Assembly (NCBI GenBank): GCA_028712255.1
Contig: JAQTQJ010000010.1
Coordinates: 8,097 to 72,096 of the forward strand
Reading direction: 5' to 3'
Origin: Candidatus Omnitrophota bacterium
GTDB taxonomy: Bacteria > Omnitrophota > Gorgyraeia > Gygaellales > Profunditerraquicolaceae
DNA: 64,000 nucleotides
Shown: piece after piece, positions 9,533-18,165 of the stretch
Layout: every line of letters starts with the position of its first letter
Numbering within the stretch: the first letter of the stretch is position 1
Notes under the pieces: model-generated
Told to the model about the DNA's origin: nothing
Databases searched by the model: none
The model's input: the letters and a program-made list of their open reading frames with translations, nothing else
Position numbers and translations under genes: made by a program

Positions 9533-11020
9533 ATGAAAAAAATCTTTGAGTTAGTAGTCCTCTTAGTTTTACTGGTTGTTTTTATTCTTATAGGTAGGAA
9601 TAAATTAGCGGCATTTTATTACAACCGCGGATGTAATTATTACAAGGTTAATTCATATAAAGATGCTATAGATTACTTTAATAAATCCCTTAAATTTAAT
9701 CCTTCAGTTAGCTGGACGCATTACAGCCTTGCAAATGCCTACGACAGAGAGAAACTTGAGGAAAAGGCCCTGGAGGAATACAGAATAGCAATCCGATTAG
9801 ATAAACATTTTCTTTGGAGTTACGAAGCCTTGGCAGATATGTATCTGCGTAAAGGTTCCTACCAGCAAGGAATTGACATCCTAAAAGACGCAGAGGTTAA
9901 TATACCAGATAATCAAGAAATTAAGGATTCTTTAAATTTGGCTTTTTTAAAATATTCAACCTATATAATAAATAGCGGTGTAGAAGCTTATTTGTCAGGA
10001 AAAAAATCAAAGGGGTATGAATTATTGAATAAGGCCCTAGAGATCAATCCGGATTTTTCCGCTGCCTACTATACATTGGGGCATTTTTATTATATTGAAC
10101 ACAGATATGATGAAGCGTTGTATATGCTAAATGAAGCCATCCGTCTAGATGAGAAGTTTTTTGTCGCACATAAATTATTGGGGGATATATATTTTACAAA
10201 AATGATTTTTAATAAAGCAATTGATGAATATAAAGAAGCATTATCTATCAATCCTAAAGATTCAGTTGTCCTTAATAATTTAGGCTTGGCATTCATGAAC
10301 CTTGAAGATTATCCCCGCGCCGCTGAATTTTTGGAAAAAGCCGTAGATTTGAATCCGGGAAAAATAAATTTTCGATATAGCCTGGGCAGTGTGTATAGAG
10401 ATGCCGGTAGGCCAAAAGATGCTGTTTTAGAATATGAAAAGATAATTCAGATACAGCCGGATTATCCTAATGTGCATAATGATTTAGCGGATATTTATAA
10501 GAATGAAGGGCTTATAAAAGAAGCGTCTGAAGAATATCAAAAAGAAATTAATTTTTGCAATGAGAAACTCCTGGTATTACCCAACGATCCTGTGTTGCTA
10601 AATAATATTTCCTATGCCTATAACGGTATCGGCCAATATGTTGAGGCAAAAATATTCATAGATAAAGCCTTGGCACTCAATCCGGATTACCGAGAAGGAT
10701 ATTTGACTTTGGCAAGCATAGAGAGGAATCTTGGAGAATATGAAAGCGCGTTAGCAACCCTGGAAAAAGCTAAAAATTTATCAAGGCAAAGACAGATTTT
10801 TATCGAGCAGGATGCCAAGGGCATTAAAGATGAGCTTGGGACGATTGCCAAAGGAAAAATAGAATTCGATATGGTGTATTTAAAGAATGGCCGTCATTTT
10901 AAGGGAGTTATCGTGGGCCAGACAGAGGATCGGCTGACCTTAGAAATAAATATAGGCACTACCACAGGCAAGGTTACTATTTTTAAGGATACTATCGAAA
11001 GAATAGTCAGTAAAAAATAA
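9533..11020 (+). CDS. TPR-repeat protein with an N-terminal TM/signal anchor
   Basis: Multiple 34-residue TPR-like repeats (…AYYTLGHFYY…, …NNLGLAF…, …HNDLADIY…). Confidence 0.8.
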   Translation: MKKIFELVVLLVLLVVFILIGRNKLAAFYYNRGCNYYKVNSYKDAIDYFNKSLKFNPSVSWTHYSLANAYDREKLEEKALEEYRIAIRLDKHFLWSYEALADMYLRKGSYQQGIDILKDAEVNIPDNQEIKDSLNLAFLKYSTYIINSGVEAYLSGKKSKGYELLNKALEINPDFSAAYYTLGHFYYIEHRYDEALYMLNEAIRLDEKFFVAHKLLGDIYFTKMIFNKAIDEYKEALSINPKDSVVLNNLGLAFMNLEDYPRAAEFLEKAVDLNPGKINFRYSLGSVYRDAGRPKDAVLEYEKIIQIQPDYPNVHNDLADIYKNEGLIKEASEEYQKEINFCNEKLLVLPNDPVLLNNISYAYNGIGQYVEAKIFIDKALALNPDYREGYLTLASIERNLGEYESALATLEKAKNLSRQRQIFIEQDAKGIKDELGTIAKGKIEFDMVYLKNGRHFKGVIVGQTEDRLTLEINIGTTTGKVTIFKDTIERIVSKK

Positions 11021-11075
11021 ATGGAAATAAATTTTACATGTTTTACTTTAGGTTCAGAGTGATTTTAGAATAATA

Positions 11076-11103
11076 TTGACAAAAATAACCGTTATTGTAT
11101 ACT
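11076..11103 (+). promoter_or_regulatory. sigma70-like promoter upstream of the complex-I-like operon
   Basis: TTGACA at 11076-11081, a 16-nt spacer, then TATACT at 11098-11103, about 80 nt upstream of the first gene. Confidence 0.45.
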
Positions 11104-11185
11104 TTTTACTCAAGAAAGCCTTAATTTATTCTGAAGTTTATAGATAAAAGCTCCTTCCTTAAGCCAAAAATCTTAAAAAAACAAA

Positions 11186-13009
11186 ATGGGAAACCTGAAT
11201 ATTTTATTGTTTGATCCTCTTTCTTTATTTTTTCTTTTTGTTATCTTGGGGGTTTCTCTACCCTCTGCAATTTATTCCTGCGGTTACCTAAAAAATGAAT
11301 ATTCCCGCCGTAAGATAATTTTTGGTTGGTTATTGTTGCTTGCGTTTGTGTTCTCTATGGTCTTAGTAGTTATCGTAAATAATATTCTTATTTTCCTCGT
11401 GGCTTGGGAAATCATGTCTTTAGTTTCATATTTTCTGGTTGTTTTTGATTCAGAACATGAGAAATCCATTCAGGCAGGCTTGATTTATATCGTAATGGCT
11501 CATATTGGTACGGCCTTTTTATCGGCTGCTTTCCTGTTAATGTATAAATATGCCCATTCTTTTGATTTTTTTGCCGTTAAAAATGCCTGTCAATTAATGC
11601 CGGCTCAAGTTAAAAATATTGTTTTTCTACTGCTACTGGTTGGTTTCGGGACAAAAGCCGGTATTGTCCCACTGCATGTTTGGTTGCCCTATGCTCATCC
11701 GCAGGCCCCCAGCCATATTTCAAGTATTATGTCTGGTGTAATGATTAAAACTGCTATATACGGAATAGTCCGGTTTGTAATGTTTATCCTTGGCGTAGAT
11801 TCTTCTTGGTGGGGGATCTTGGTTTTGGTTCTGGCGGTTATCTCCTGCTTAGTAGGGGTGATTTATGCGCTTATGGAGCATGATTTAAAGAAATTACTTG
11901 CATATCACAGCGTGGAAAATATCGGAATAATTTTGTTAGGCGTGGGCCTGGCGATGTTTTTTGTCAGCATAAACCTGCCTTACCTAGTTATATTTTCTTT
12001 AATTGCCGGTTTATATCATTTGATTAATCACGCGATCTTTAAAGGGCTCCTGTTTTTATGCGCCGGTAGTGTTTATAAGGCTTGCGGAACTCGCGATATC
12101 GAGAAATTAGGCGGATTAATTAAAAAAATGCCGCAGACTGCCGCATATTTCTTGATAGGGGCGATGGCGATATCGGCATTGCCGCCGCTTAATGGATTTG
12201 TGAGCGAATGGCTTACTTTACAGGCATTTTTTCTGGGGGCTTTGAATACAGCCGGAGGAATTAAGCTTTTCTTGGGCCTCTGCGCGGCGATGCTGGCTTT
12301 AACAAGCGGTTTAGCAGCCGCCTGTTTTGTTAAAGCTTTTGGGATAACATTTTTGGCACAGCCCAGGAGTCATTATGCTGCCAGCGCCAAAGAGGTTTCT
12401 TTATCTATGAGGGCGGGGATGCTCTTTTTGTCATTTCTAATCGTTGTCTTTGGTTTGGCCGCGGCAGTGATTATGAAATTATTGGCAAAAGTTGCCAGCA
12501 GCGTAACAAACATTGATATAAGCAATATGGGTTTCTCTTTAAACAACTTTACTTTGAATCCTCAGATAGGTAAAAGTATTTATCTTTCTACGCCTTTGCT
12601 TGCGTTATGGTTAATTGTCCTGGGAGCTGGCGGTTTTGCCATCTATAGTTTGTTCGGTAAAAAGCGCCGAGTTTATAAAACTTGGGATTGTGGCTACTAC
12701 AAACTCGATTCGCGTAACGAATATACCGCAACTGCTTTTTCAAAGCCTTTTAGGATTGCATTCAGCTTTTTCTTACTTCCTTACCGCAAGACTCAAAAAA
12801 TCAGGGAGTCATTTTATCATGTTAAGTCTTTTTCCTATGAAACACATACTACTTCCGTATTTAAGAAGTATATTTATCTTCCGGTAATTGCCTGGGTTTT
12901 TAAGTCAGCCAAGTTTATGAGAAGAATTCAGCCCGGAAGCATCCATCTGTATCTATCATACATTCTTGTAACCGTGTTATTGTTGATTATGTTTATGTAT
13001 AAATTCTAA
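11186..13009 (+). CDS. HyfB/NuoL/MnhA-like proton-pumping antiporter subunit of a hydrogenase-4/complex-I-like module
   Basis: 607 aa, polytopic. Conserved …GIVPLHVWLPYAHPQAPSHISS… signature of the NuoL/M/N-Mrp antiporter family. Confidence 0.85.
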   Translation: MGNLNILLFDPLSLFFLFVILGVSLPSAIYSCGYLKNEYSRRKIIFGWLLLLAFVFSMVLVVIVNNILIFLVAWEIMSLVSYFLVVFDSEHEKSIQAGLIYIVMAHIGTAFLSAAFLLMYKYAHSFDFFAVKNACQLMPAQVKNIVFLLLLVGFGTKAGIVPLHVWLPYAHPQAPSHISSIMSGVMIKTAIYGIVRFVMFILGVDSSWWGILVLVLAVISCLVGVIYALMEHDLKKLLAYHSVENIGIILLGVGLAMFFVSINLPYLVIFSLIAGLYHLINHAIFKGLLFLCAGSVYKACGTRDIEKLGGLIKKMPQTAAYFLIGAMAISALPPLNGFVSEWLTLQAFFLGALNTAGGIKLFLGLCAAMLALTSGLAAACFVKAFGITFLAQPRSHYAASAKEVSLSMRAGMLFLSFLIVVFGLAAAVIMKLLAKVASSVTNIDISNMGFSLNNFTLNPQIGKSIYLSTPLLALWLIVLGAGGFAIYSLFGKKRRVYKTWDCGYYKLDSRNEYTATAFSKPFRIAFSFFLLPYRKTQKIRESFYHVKSFSYETHTTSVFKKYIYLPVIAWVFKSAKFMRRIQPGSIHLYLSYILVTVLLLIMFMYKF

Positions 13010-13010
13010 A

Positions 13011-13907
13011 ATGACAAAGGTTTTCTTTATTATCCTACAACTGATTTTATTCCTCTTGGCGGCCCCGCTTTTAAGCGGTTTGATCTCTAAGGTCAAAAAT
13101 AATATCAGGATGCGCCGTGGCCAGAGTATTTTCCAGCCGTATTACAATTTAGTAAAGCTTTTTTCCAAAGAAGAGGTAGTCTCAGGAGATTCTTCTTGGA
13201 TTTTTAAGGTTACCCCGTTTATCGTGTTTTCTTCGATGCTTACTGCGGCAATACTGATTCCTGTGTTTATCTTCAGCCCGATGCATCAGATGGGGGATTT
13301 TCTGTCCCTGATATTCATTTTTGCCTTGGGACGTTTTTTTATGGCCCTGGCAGCCTTAGATACCGGCAGCTCTTTTGGCGGAATGGGCGCATCAAGAGAA
13401 ATGTTTATTTCCAGCCTTGTTGAGCCGGCATTTTGCCTGGTAGTGTTTTGTGTATTTTTACAATTCGGCTCAACGGATATCGCGGTGTTTAGCGGGGTTC
13501 ATCCGGTTTCAATTTGTTCGTTTATCACCGCTATTGTTTTATTTATGGTTACTCTTGCCGAAACATCCCGGATTCCCGTAGATAATCAGGAGACGCACCT
13601 TGAATTAACTATGGTGCATGAAGCGATGGTTTTGGAATATTCGGGAAGATCTTTGGCTTTAATAGAGTGGTCTTCATATATAAAACAGATGATTTTGTTT
13701 TTCCTGATTGCGCAGATAGTTTTTCCGGTTAATTTTTCAGGTTTATGGATTTTATGGTATTTTGTCTGGATAATTATTATAGTAATTGCTGTGGCAGTGG
13801 TCGAGGTTTTTGTTGCCAAGATGCGTTTATTCAGAGTGGCTGATTTTTTAGGGTTTGCTTTTGTTTTAGGGGTTATCGCAGTTGTGTGCGCTATTTTAGG
13901 AGTCTAA
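13011..13907 (+). CDS. HyfC/HycD/NuoH-like membrane subunit
   Basis: 298 aa, about 8 TM, NuoH-family-like loops (…RRGQSIFQPY…). Positioned second as in hyf/hyc operons. Confidence 0.75.
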   Translation: MTKVFFIILQLILFLLAAPLLSGLISKVKNNIRMRRGQSIFQPYYNLVKLFSKEEVVSGDSSWIFKVTPFIVFSSMLTAAILIPVFIFSPMHQMGDFLSLIFIFALGRFFMALAALDTGSSFGGMGASREMFISSLVEPAFCLVVFCVFLQFGSTDIAVFSGVHPVSICSFITAIVLFMVTLAETSRIPVDNQETHLELTMVHEAMVLEYSGRSLALIEWSSYIKQMILFFLIAQIVFPVNFSGLWILWYFVWIIIIVIAVAVVEVFVAKMRLFRVADFLGFAFVLGVIAVVCAILGV

Positions 13908-13909
13908 CT

Positions 13910-14545
13910 ATGCAGGCAATAATTTTGTTCGGAGTTCTGGTCTTAACATACCTTATGTTTGTTGCCAAAAGGATGCCTGTTCTAATCCGTAGTTTTCGCT
14001 GCCAGTCGTTTTTTTTATTTTTGGTAACTTCGATAATGGCATTTGATGAGCACCAGCTTGACCTGTATATTGTTGCCGCGTTATTGTTCGTTATAAAAGT
14101 ACTCCTTATTCCATATTTATTATACAGGATTATGAAAAAGATGAGGGTTAGCGGAGATATTGGGTTATTTGTTAATGTTCAGTTATCTTTGTTATGTGCT
14201 TTAGGACTTGCATATTTAGCTTGGATTTTTTCTGCGCGCCTAGTTGCTCCCAGCAGCCAGGCGCAGATTAGCATTTTGACAATTGCTTTTTTTGCGGTAT
14301 TGGCAGGTTTATTTTTAATGATTTCCAGGATGAGCGCGCTTGCTCAAATTATCGGCTTATTGGTTATGGAGAATGGTTTATTCCTGTTGGCTTGTGCGGT
14401 TTCAGGTGGGATGCCATTTTTTGTAGAGATTGCTATCTTTTTCGATGTGTTTGTAAGCGTAGTAATTATGGGTTTTTTTGTTTACAGGATTAATAAACTT
14501 TTTACGCATATTGATGTGAATAAACTTTCAAACTTAAAAGGGTAA
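13910..14545 (+). CDS. HyfE-like small membrane subunit
   Basis: About 212 aa, polytopic, between the NuoH-like and NuoN-like genes as in hyf. The likely start is the ATG at 13910 rather than 13886. Confidence 0.6.
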   Translation: MQAIILFGVLVLTYLMFVAKRMPVLIRSFRCQSFFLFLVTSIMAFDEHQLDLYIVAALLFVIKVLLIPYLLYRIMKKMRVSGDIGLFVNVQLSLLCALGLAYLAWIFSARLVAPSSQAQISILTIAFFAVLAGLFLMISRMSALAQIIGLLVMENGLFLLACAVSGGMPFFVEIAIFFDVFVSVVIMGFFVYRINKLFTHIDVNKLSNLKG

Positions 14546-14547
14546 TT

Positions 14548-16005
14548 ATGCAAATATTTTTTATCTTAGGGATTCCGCTGTTGCTTTCCTTGGCGACTTT
14601 GTTAATCAGAAGGCAAAAGATTCTGGGGATAATCAATTGTATTGGTTATCTGCTAGTATTATTTTGTGGCGCAACTCTTCTAGGGAAAACATTCCTATCA
14701 AAAAGCACCATCTCTTTCTTTAATTTTATATACATGGATACATTAAGTACATTTTTTATCTTTGTTACCTCCATAGTTAGTTTTGTTGTGGCGTTATACT
14801 CTATTGGATATATAAAAAAGGATGTAGAGCAGGGGGTAATCTCCAGAAGAAAGGCCAGGATTTACTATCTTCTTTTTAATCTTTTTTGCTGTTCGATGTT
14901 TCTGGTTCCTGCGGTGAATAATTTAGGGATACTCTGGGTGGCCGTTGAAATGACTACGCTGATTTCGGCGTTTTTAGTAGGATTTTATAATACTAAAAAA
15001 TCAGTGGAGGCGGCCTGGAAATATATTATTATTTGTTCAGTAGGGATAATTTTTGCACTTTTAGGTACGATCCTTTTCTCTTATGCATTCTCTATTTCCG
15101 GGCTGGAAAAGAGCCTGAACTGGTCGTCCATGGTCCCTGTTGCGCACATATTAGACAAAAATATCCTGAAAATCGCTTTTATTTTTATCTTAGTTGGTTA
15201 TGGCACAAAGGCAGGATTAGCGCCCATGCATACGTGGCTACCGGATGCGCATAGTCAGGCGATAGCGCCAATCAGCGCCCTTCTTTCAGGAGTTTTGTTA
15301 AAGACTGCCATCTATGCAATATTAAGATTTGGTATTATTATAATACACGGAGTAGGGTTTGGGTATTTTAGCAACCTGATGATTTTGTTTGGAGCAATCT
15401 CTTTAATTATCTCAAGCGGTTTTATTCTGGTCCAGAAAGACCTCAAACGCCTTCTTGCTTATAGTAGTATTGAGCATATTGGTATTATCGCAATTGGTTT
15501 TGGAATAGGTGCTCCTTTGGCTATCATGGGCGCCCTGCTGCATGTTTTTAACCACGCAATAACCAAGTCGCTTATGTTTTTTGGAGCAGGTAATATCGTT
15601 AGCGTTTACAAAAAGCACAATATGAACGCTATTCGAGGAGTAATTAAGGCAATGCCGTTTACAGGCGTTACGGTCCTTTTGGGAGTGTTTGCTATTACCG
15701 GATTTTGCCCTTTTTCATTATTTATTAGCGAGCTTATGATTTTAACCGGCGCTTTCACAAGTGGTTCTTATTTAGTTGCGGGTTTATTATTATTATCCCT
15801 GGCAATTATTTTTGGGGCATTTATTTATCATTTTGGCAAAATGCTTTTTGGAAATCTTCCCAAAGAAATGATAGTTACAAAAGAGCCTTTAAGCGGTAAG
15901 TTTGTGTTTTCATTTTTATTATTTCTTATTTTAATTCCAGGAATTGGTTTGATTTTTATAAATAAGGATTTATTATGGATTGCCCAGAACTTATTTCAGA
16001 GATAA
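14548..16005 (+). CDS. HyfF/NuoN/NuoM-like antiporter subunit
   Basis: 485 aa. …GLAPMHTWLPDAHSQA… antiporter signature. Confidence 0.8.
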   Translation: MQIFFILGIPLLLSLATLLIRRQKILGIINCIGYLLVLFCGATLLGKTFLSKSTISFFNFIYMDTLSTFFIFVTSIVSFVVALYSIGYIKKDVEQGVISRRKARIYYLLFNLFCCSMFLVPAVNNLGILWVAVEMTTLISAFLVGFYNTKKSVEAAWKYIIICSVGIIFALLGTILFSYAFSISGLEKSLNWSSMVPVAHILDKNILKIAFIFILVGYGTKAGLAPMHTWLPDAHSQAIAPISALLSGVLLKTAIYAILRFGIIIIHGVGFGYFSNLMILFGAISLIISSGFILVQKDLKRLLAYSSIEHIGIIAIGFGIGAPLAIMGALLHVFNHAITKSLMFFGAGNIVSVYKKHNMNAIRGVIKAMPFTGVTVLLGVFAITGFCPFSLFISELMILTGAFTSGSYLVAGLLLLSLAIIFGAFIYHFGKMLFGNLPKEMIVTKEPLSGKFVFSFLLFLILIPGIGLIFINKDLLWIAQNLFQR

Positions 16006-17552
16006 AAAATAAATTACCGGATTTTTCTGCTTTATGTGTCCAGGAAGATTATCCGGACCAGGTATGTATAAAGGTGTCTCCTGAGATCTTCAAAGGCGCC
16101 TGTTTTACTTTGCACAAGATGCTTGCCTCACCCGTAATGATGCTTTTTGCCTTGGATGAGCGCAATGGCTTGAATAAATTCGTAATAAATTGTGTTTTTG
16201 TTAGTTATAGAAGAAGACAATGGATTACCGTCAGCACAGATATTTTACAGGAGAGTGCTTATTTTGATTCATTGGCAAAAACTATATATTCTGCCAGCCT
16301 TTTTGAAAGAGAAATTTGGGAGATGTTTGGTATCCAGGCAAGAGGTAATCCTGATTTAAGGCGGCTGCATTTACATGATGAAGTTTGGCCGCAGGAAAAT
16401 TATCCCTTACGTAAAGATTTTCAAAAAGTCCATGAAGGAAATTTAGGAGAGTATAAATTTAGCAGGGTAGAAGGAAGAGGGGTGTTTGAGGTTGCGGTTG
16501 GGCCGGTGCATGCCGGAATTATTGGCCCGGGGCATTTCCGCTTTAGCGTCTCCGGTGAACCGATTATTAACCTGGAGACCAGATTAGGTTTTACGCATCG
16601 GGGGGTGGAGAAGCTTTTTGAAGGGAAGCTTTATTCTCAGGCAATTAATTTATCAGAGAGTGTCTGTGGCAATTCGGTTTTTGCCCATAGTTTGGCGTTT
16701 GCGCAGGCGGCTGAGAAGATATCCGGATTAGTAATTTCTGCGCAAGTAGCTTATCTGCGGGGTATTTTTTTAGAGCTCGAACGTATGTACAATCATGTCA
16801 ATGATATAGGAGGAATTGCTATAGACGTTGGTTTTAGTTTTCCAGCTGCCTTTGCTTCGATTATTAAGGAAGCAATTCTTCAATTAAATGACTCTCTTTG
16901 TGCAAGCAGGTATCTTAAGAAAGTTAATCTGGTGGGGGGAGTTTCGGTAGACATTGATAGCGCTAAAAAATATCTGCTTCTTTGTTCGCTTAAGAACATA
17001 AAGAAAGATTTTAATGAATTGGTTAAAATATTAAATGATTCTGTTTCTTTTATGGATAGGGTGGATACAACAGGTATTCTAAAAAGAAAAACTGCCCAGG
17101 ATTTGGGTGTGGTTGGTTTGGTTGGCCGCGCATCGGGAATTTCTACGGATTTAAGGAGGTATTTTCCAGGGGTATATGAGGAAGCGAAATTTAAGATGAT
17201 CACTCAGGAATCCGGCGATGTTTTAGCCCGCTTAAAGGTTAGGGCTTTAGAATTTTTTGAATCATGTAGGCTGATTGAGGAATTTTCGGAAAAACTTGTT
17301 ACAGGGGGTAATATTAGGGTAAATCCGGAACAAAAGGGTGGCAGTGCTTTGGGTTACGTGGAGGGATGCAGAGGCCCCGTATTATATTGGCTTAAAACTG
17401 ATTCTGCTGGAGTAATTCAGAGGGCTAAGATTGTAGATGCCTCTTTTCATAACTGGCAAGGATTGACTTTTGCCGTATTAGGTAATATCATCCCGGATTT
17501 TCCGGTTTGCAATAAGAGTTTTAATTTGTCATATTCAGGTAATGATCTATGA
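15975..17552 (+). CDS. fused NuoC-NuoD / HycE-like large subunit with degenerate [NiFe]-binding motifs (Ehr-type)
   Basis: The N-terminal domain carries the NuoC signature (…EREIWEMFGI…). The C-terminal domain is NuoD/large-subunit-like (…RLGFTHRGVEKL…). The L1 motif is VCGNSVFAH, whereas hydrogenases have RxCGxCxxxH. The C-terminal DPCxxC is replaced by DASFHNW. Confidence 0.85.
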   Translation: MDCPELISEIKNKLPDFSALCVQEDYPDQVCIKVSPEIFKGACFTLHKMLASPVMMLFALDERNGLNKFVINCVFVSYRRRQWITVSTDILQESAYFDSLAKTIYSASLFEREIWEMFGIQARGNPDLRRLHLHDEVWPQENYPLRKDFQKVHEGNLGEYKFSRVEGRGVFEVAVGPVHAGIIGPGHFRFSVSGEPIINLETRLGFTHRGVEKLFEGKLYSQAINLSESVCGNSVFAHSLAFAQAAEKISGLVISAQVAYLRGIFLELERMYNHVNDIGGIAIDVGFSFPAAFASIIKEAILQLNDSLCASRYLKKVNLVGGVSVDIDSAKKYLLLCSLKNIKKDFNELVKILNDSVSFMDRVDTTGILKRKTAQDLGVVGLVGRASGISTDLRRYFPGVYEEAKFKMITQESGDVLARLKVRALEFFESCRLIEEFSEKLVTGGNIRVNPEQKGGSALGYVEGCRGPVLYWLKTDSAGVIQRAKIVDASFHNWQGLTFAVLGNIIPDFPVCNKSFNLSYSGNDL

Positions 17553-18064
17553 TACTTATACTAAAAAATAGGATATTGAAAGGTGTGGTTACTAGGCATA
17601 TTGAGCCGGGATTAGTCAGAGAACTAAACTCTACTGGGCTCAAACTAAAAGCATTGATCCGGAAAAAATTCGGCAAATCTTTGCATATACGCCAGGTAGA
17701 CACAGGTTCCTGCAGTGGATGTGAATCAGAGATCATTTCAACTAATAACCCGATTTATGATTTACAACGATTTGGCGTAAATTTCGTAGCTTCTCCTCGC
17801 CATGCGGATGCGCTTCTGGTTACCGGCCCTTTATCTAAAAATATGCTGGTTGCCTTGAAAAGCGCATATGAATCTATGCCTGAACCGAAATTTGTCATCA
17901 CGCTTGGAGATTGCGCATTAGATGGGGGATTATTCAAAGGTTCTTATTATATCGAAGGCCCGATAAAAGATATATTGCCGGTAGTGTTGCATATTCCCGG
18001 ATGCCCGCCATCGCCGTTAACAATTATCAAGGCGCTGCTGGATTTATTACAGAAAGAAAAGTAA
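17549..18064 (+). CDS. NuoB/HycG-like small subunit ([4Fe-4S] N2-type cluster)
   Basis: All four cluster cysteines are present (GSCSGCESEI, LGDCALDGG, PGCPPSP). The start overlaps the previous stop (ATGA). Confidence 0.85.
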   Translation: MILILKNRILKGVVTRHIEPGLVRELNSTGLKLKALIRKKFGKSLHIRQVDTGSCSGCESEIISTNNPIYDLQRFGVNFVASPRHADALLVTGPLSKNMLVALKSAYESMPEPKFVITLGDCALDGGLFKGSYYIEGPIKDILPVVLHIPGCPPSPLTIIKALLDLLQKEK

Positions 18065-18083
18065 GGTATAAGATAAAAATTAA

Positions 18084-18126
18084 GGGGGACGGTTCTCTTA
18101 AAAAAGAGAACCGTCCCCCTTTTTTT
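18084..18126 (+). terminator. rho-independent terminator closing the complex-I-like operon
   Basis: Perfect 16-bp stem GGGGGACGGTTCTCTT / AAGAGAACCGTCCCCC with a 4-nt loop. It is followed by T7 (18120-18126), 20 nt after the stop codon. Confidence 0.8.
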
Positions 18127-18165
18127 CATAATCGGTTTTACAATTACTGAAGTAGTTGTATAATA

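Noticed and set aside
17911-18150. 79-aa ORF spanning the end of the NuoB-like gene and the intergenic region
   Set aside because: It overlaps the strong rho-independent terminator at 18084-18126 and the 3' end of a well-supported gene. Its sequence has no protein-like features.
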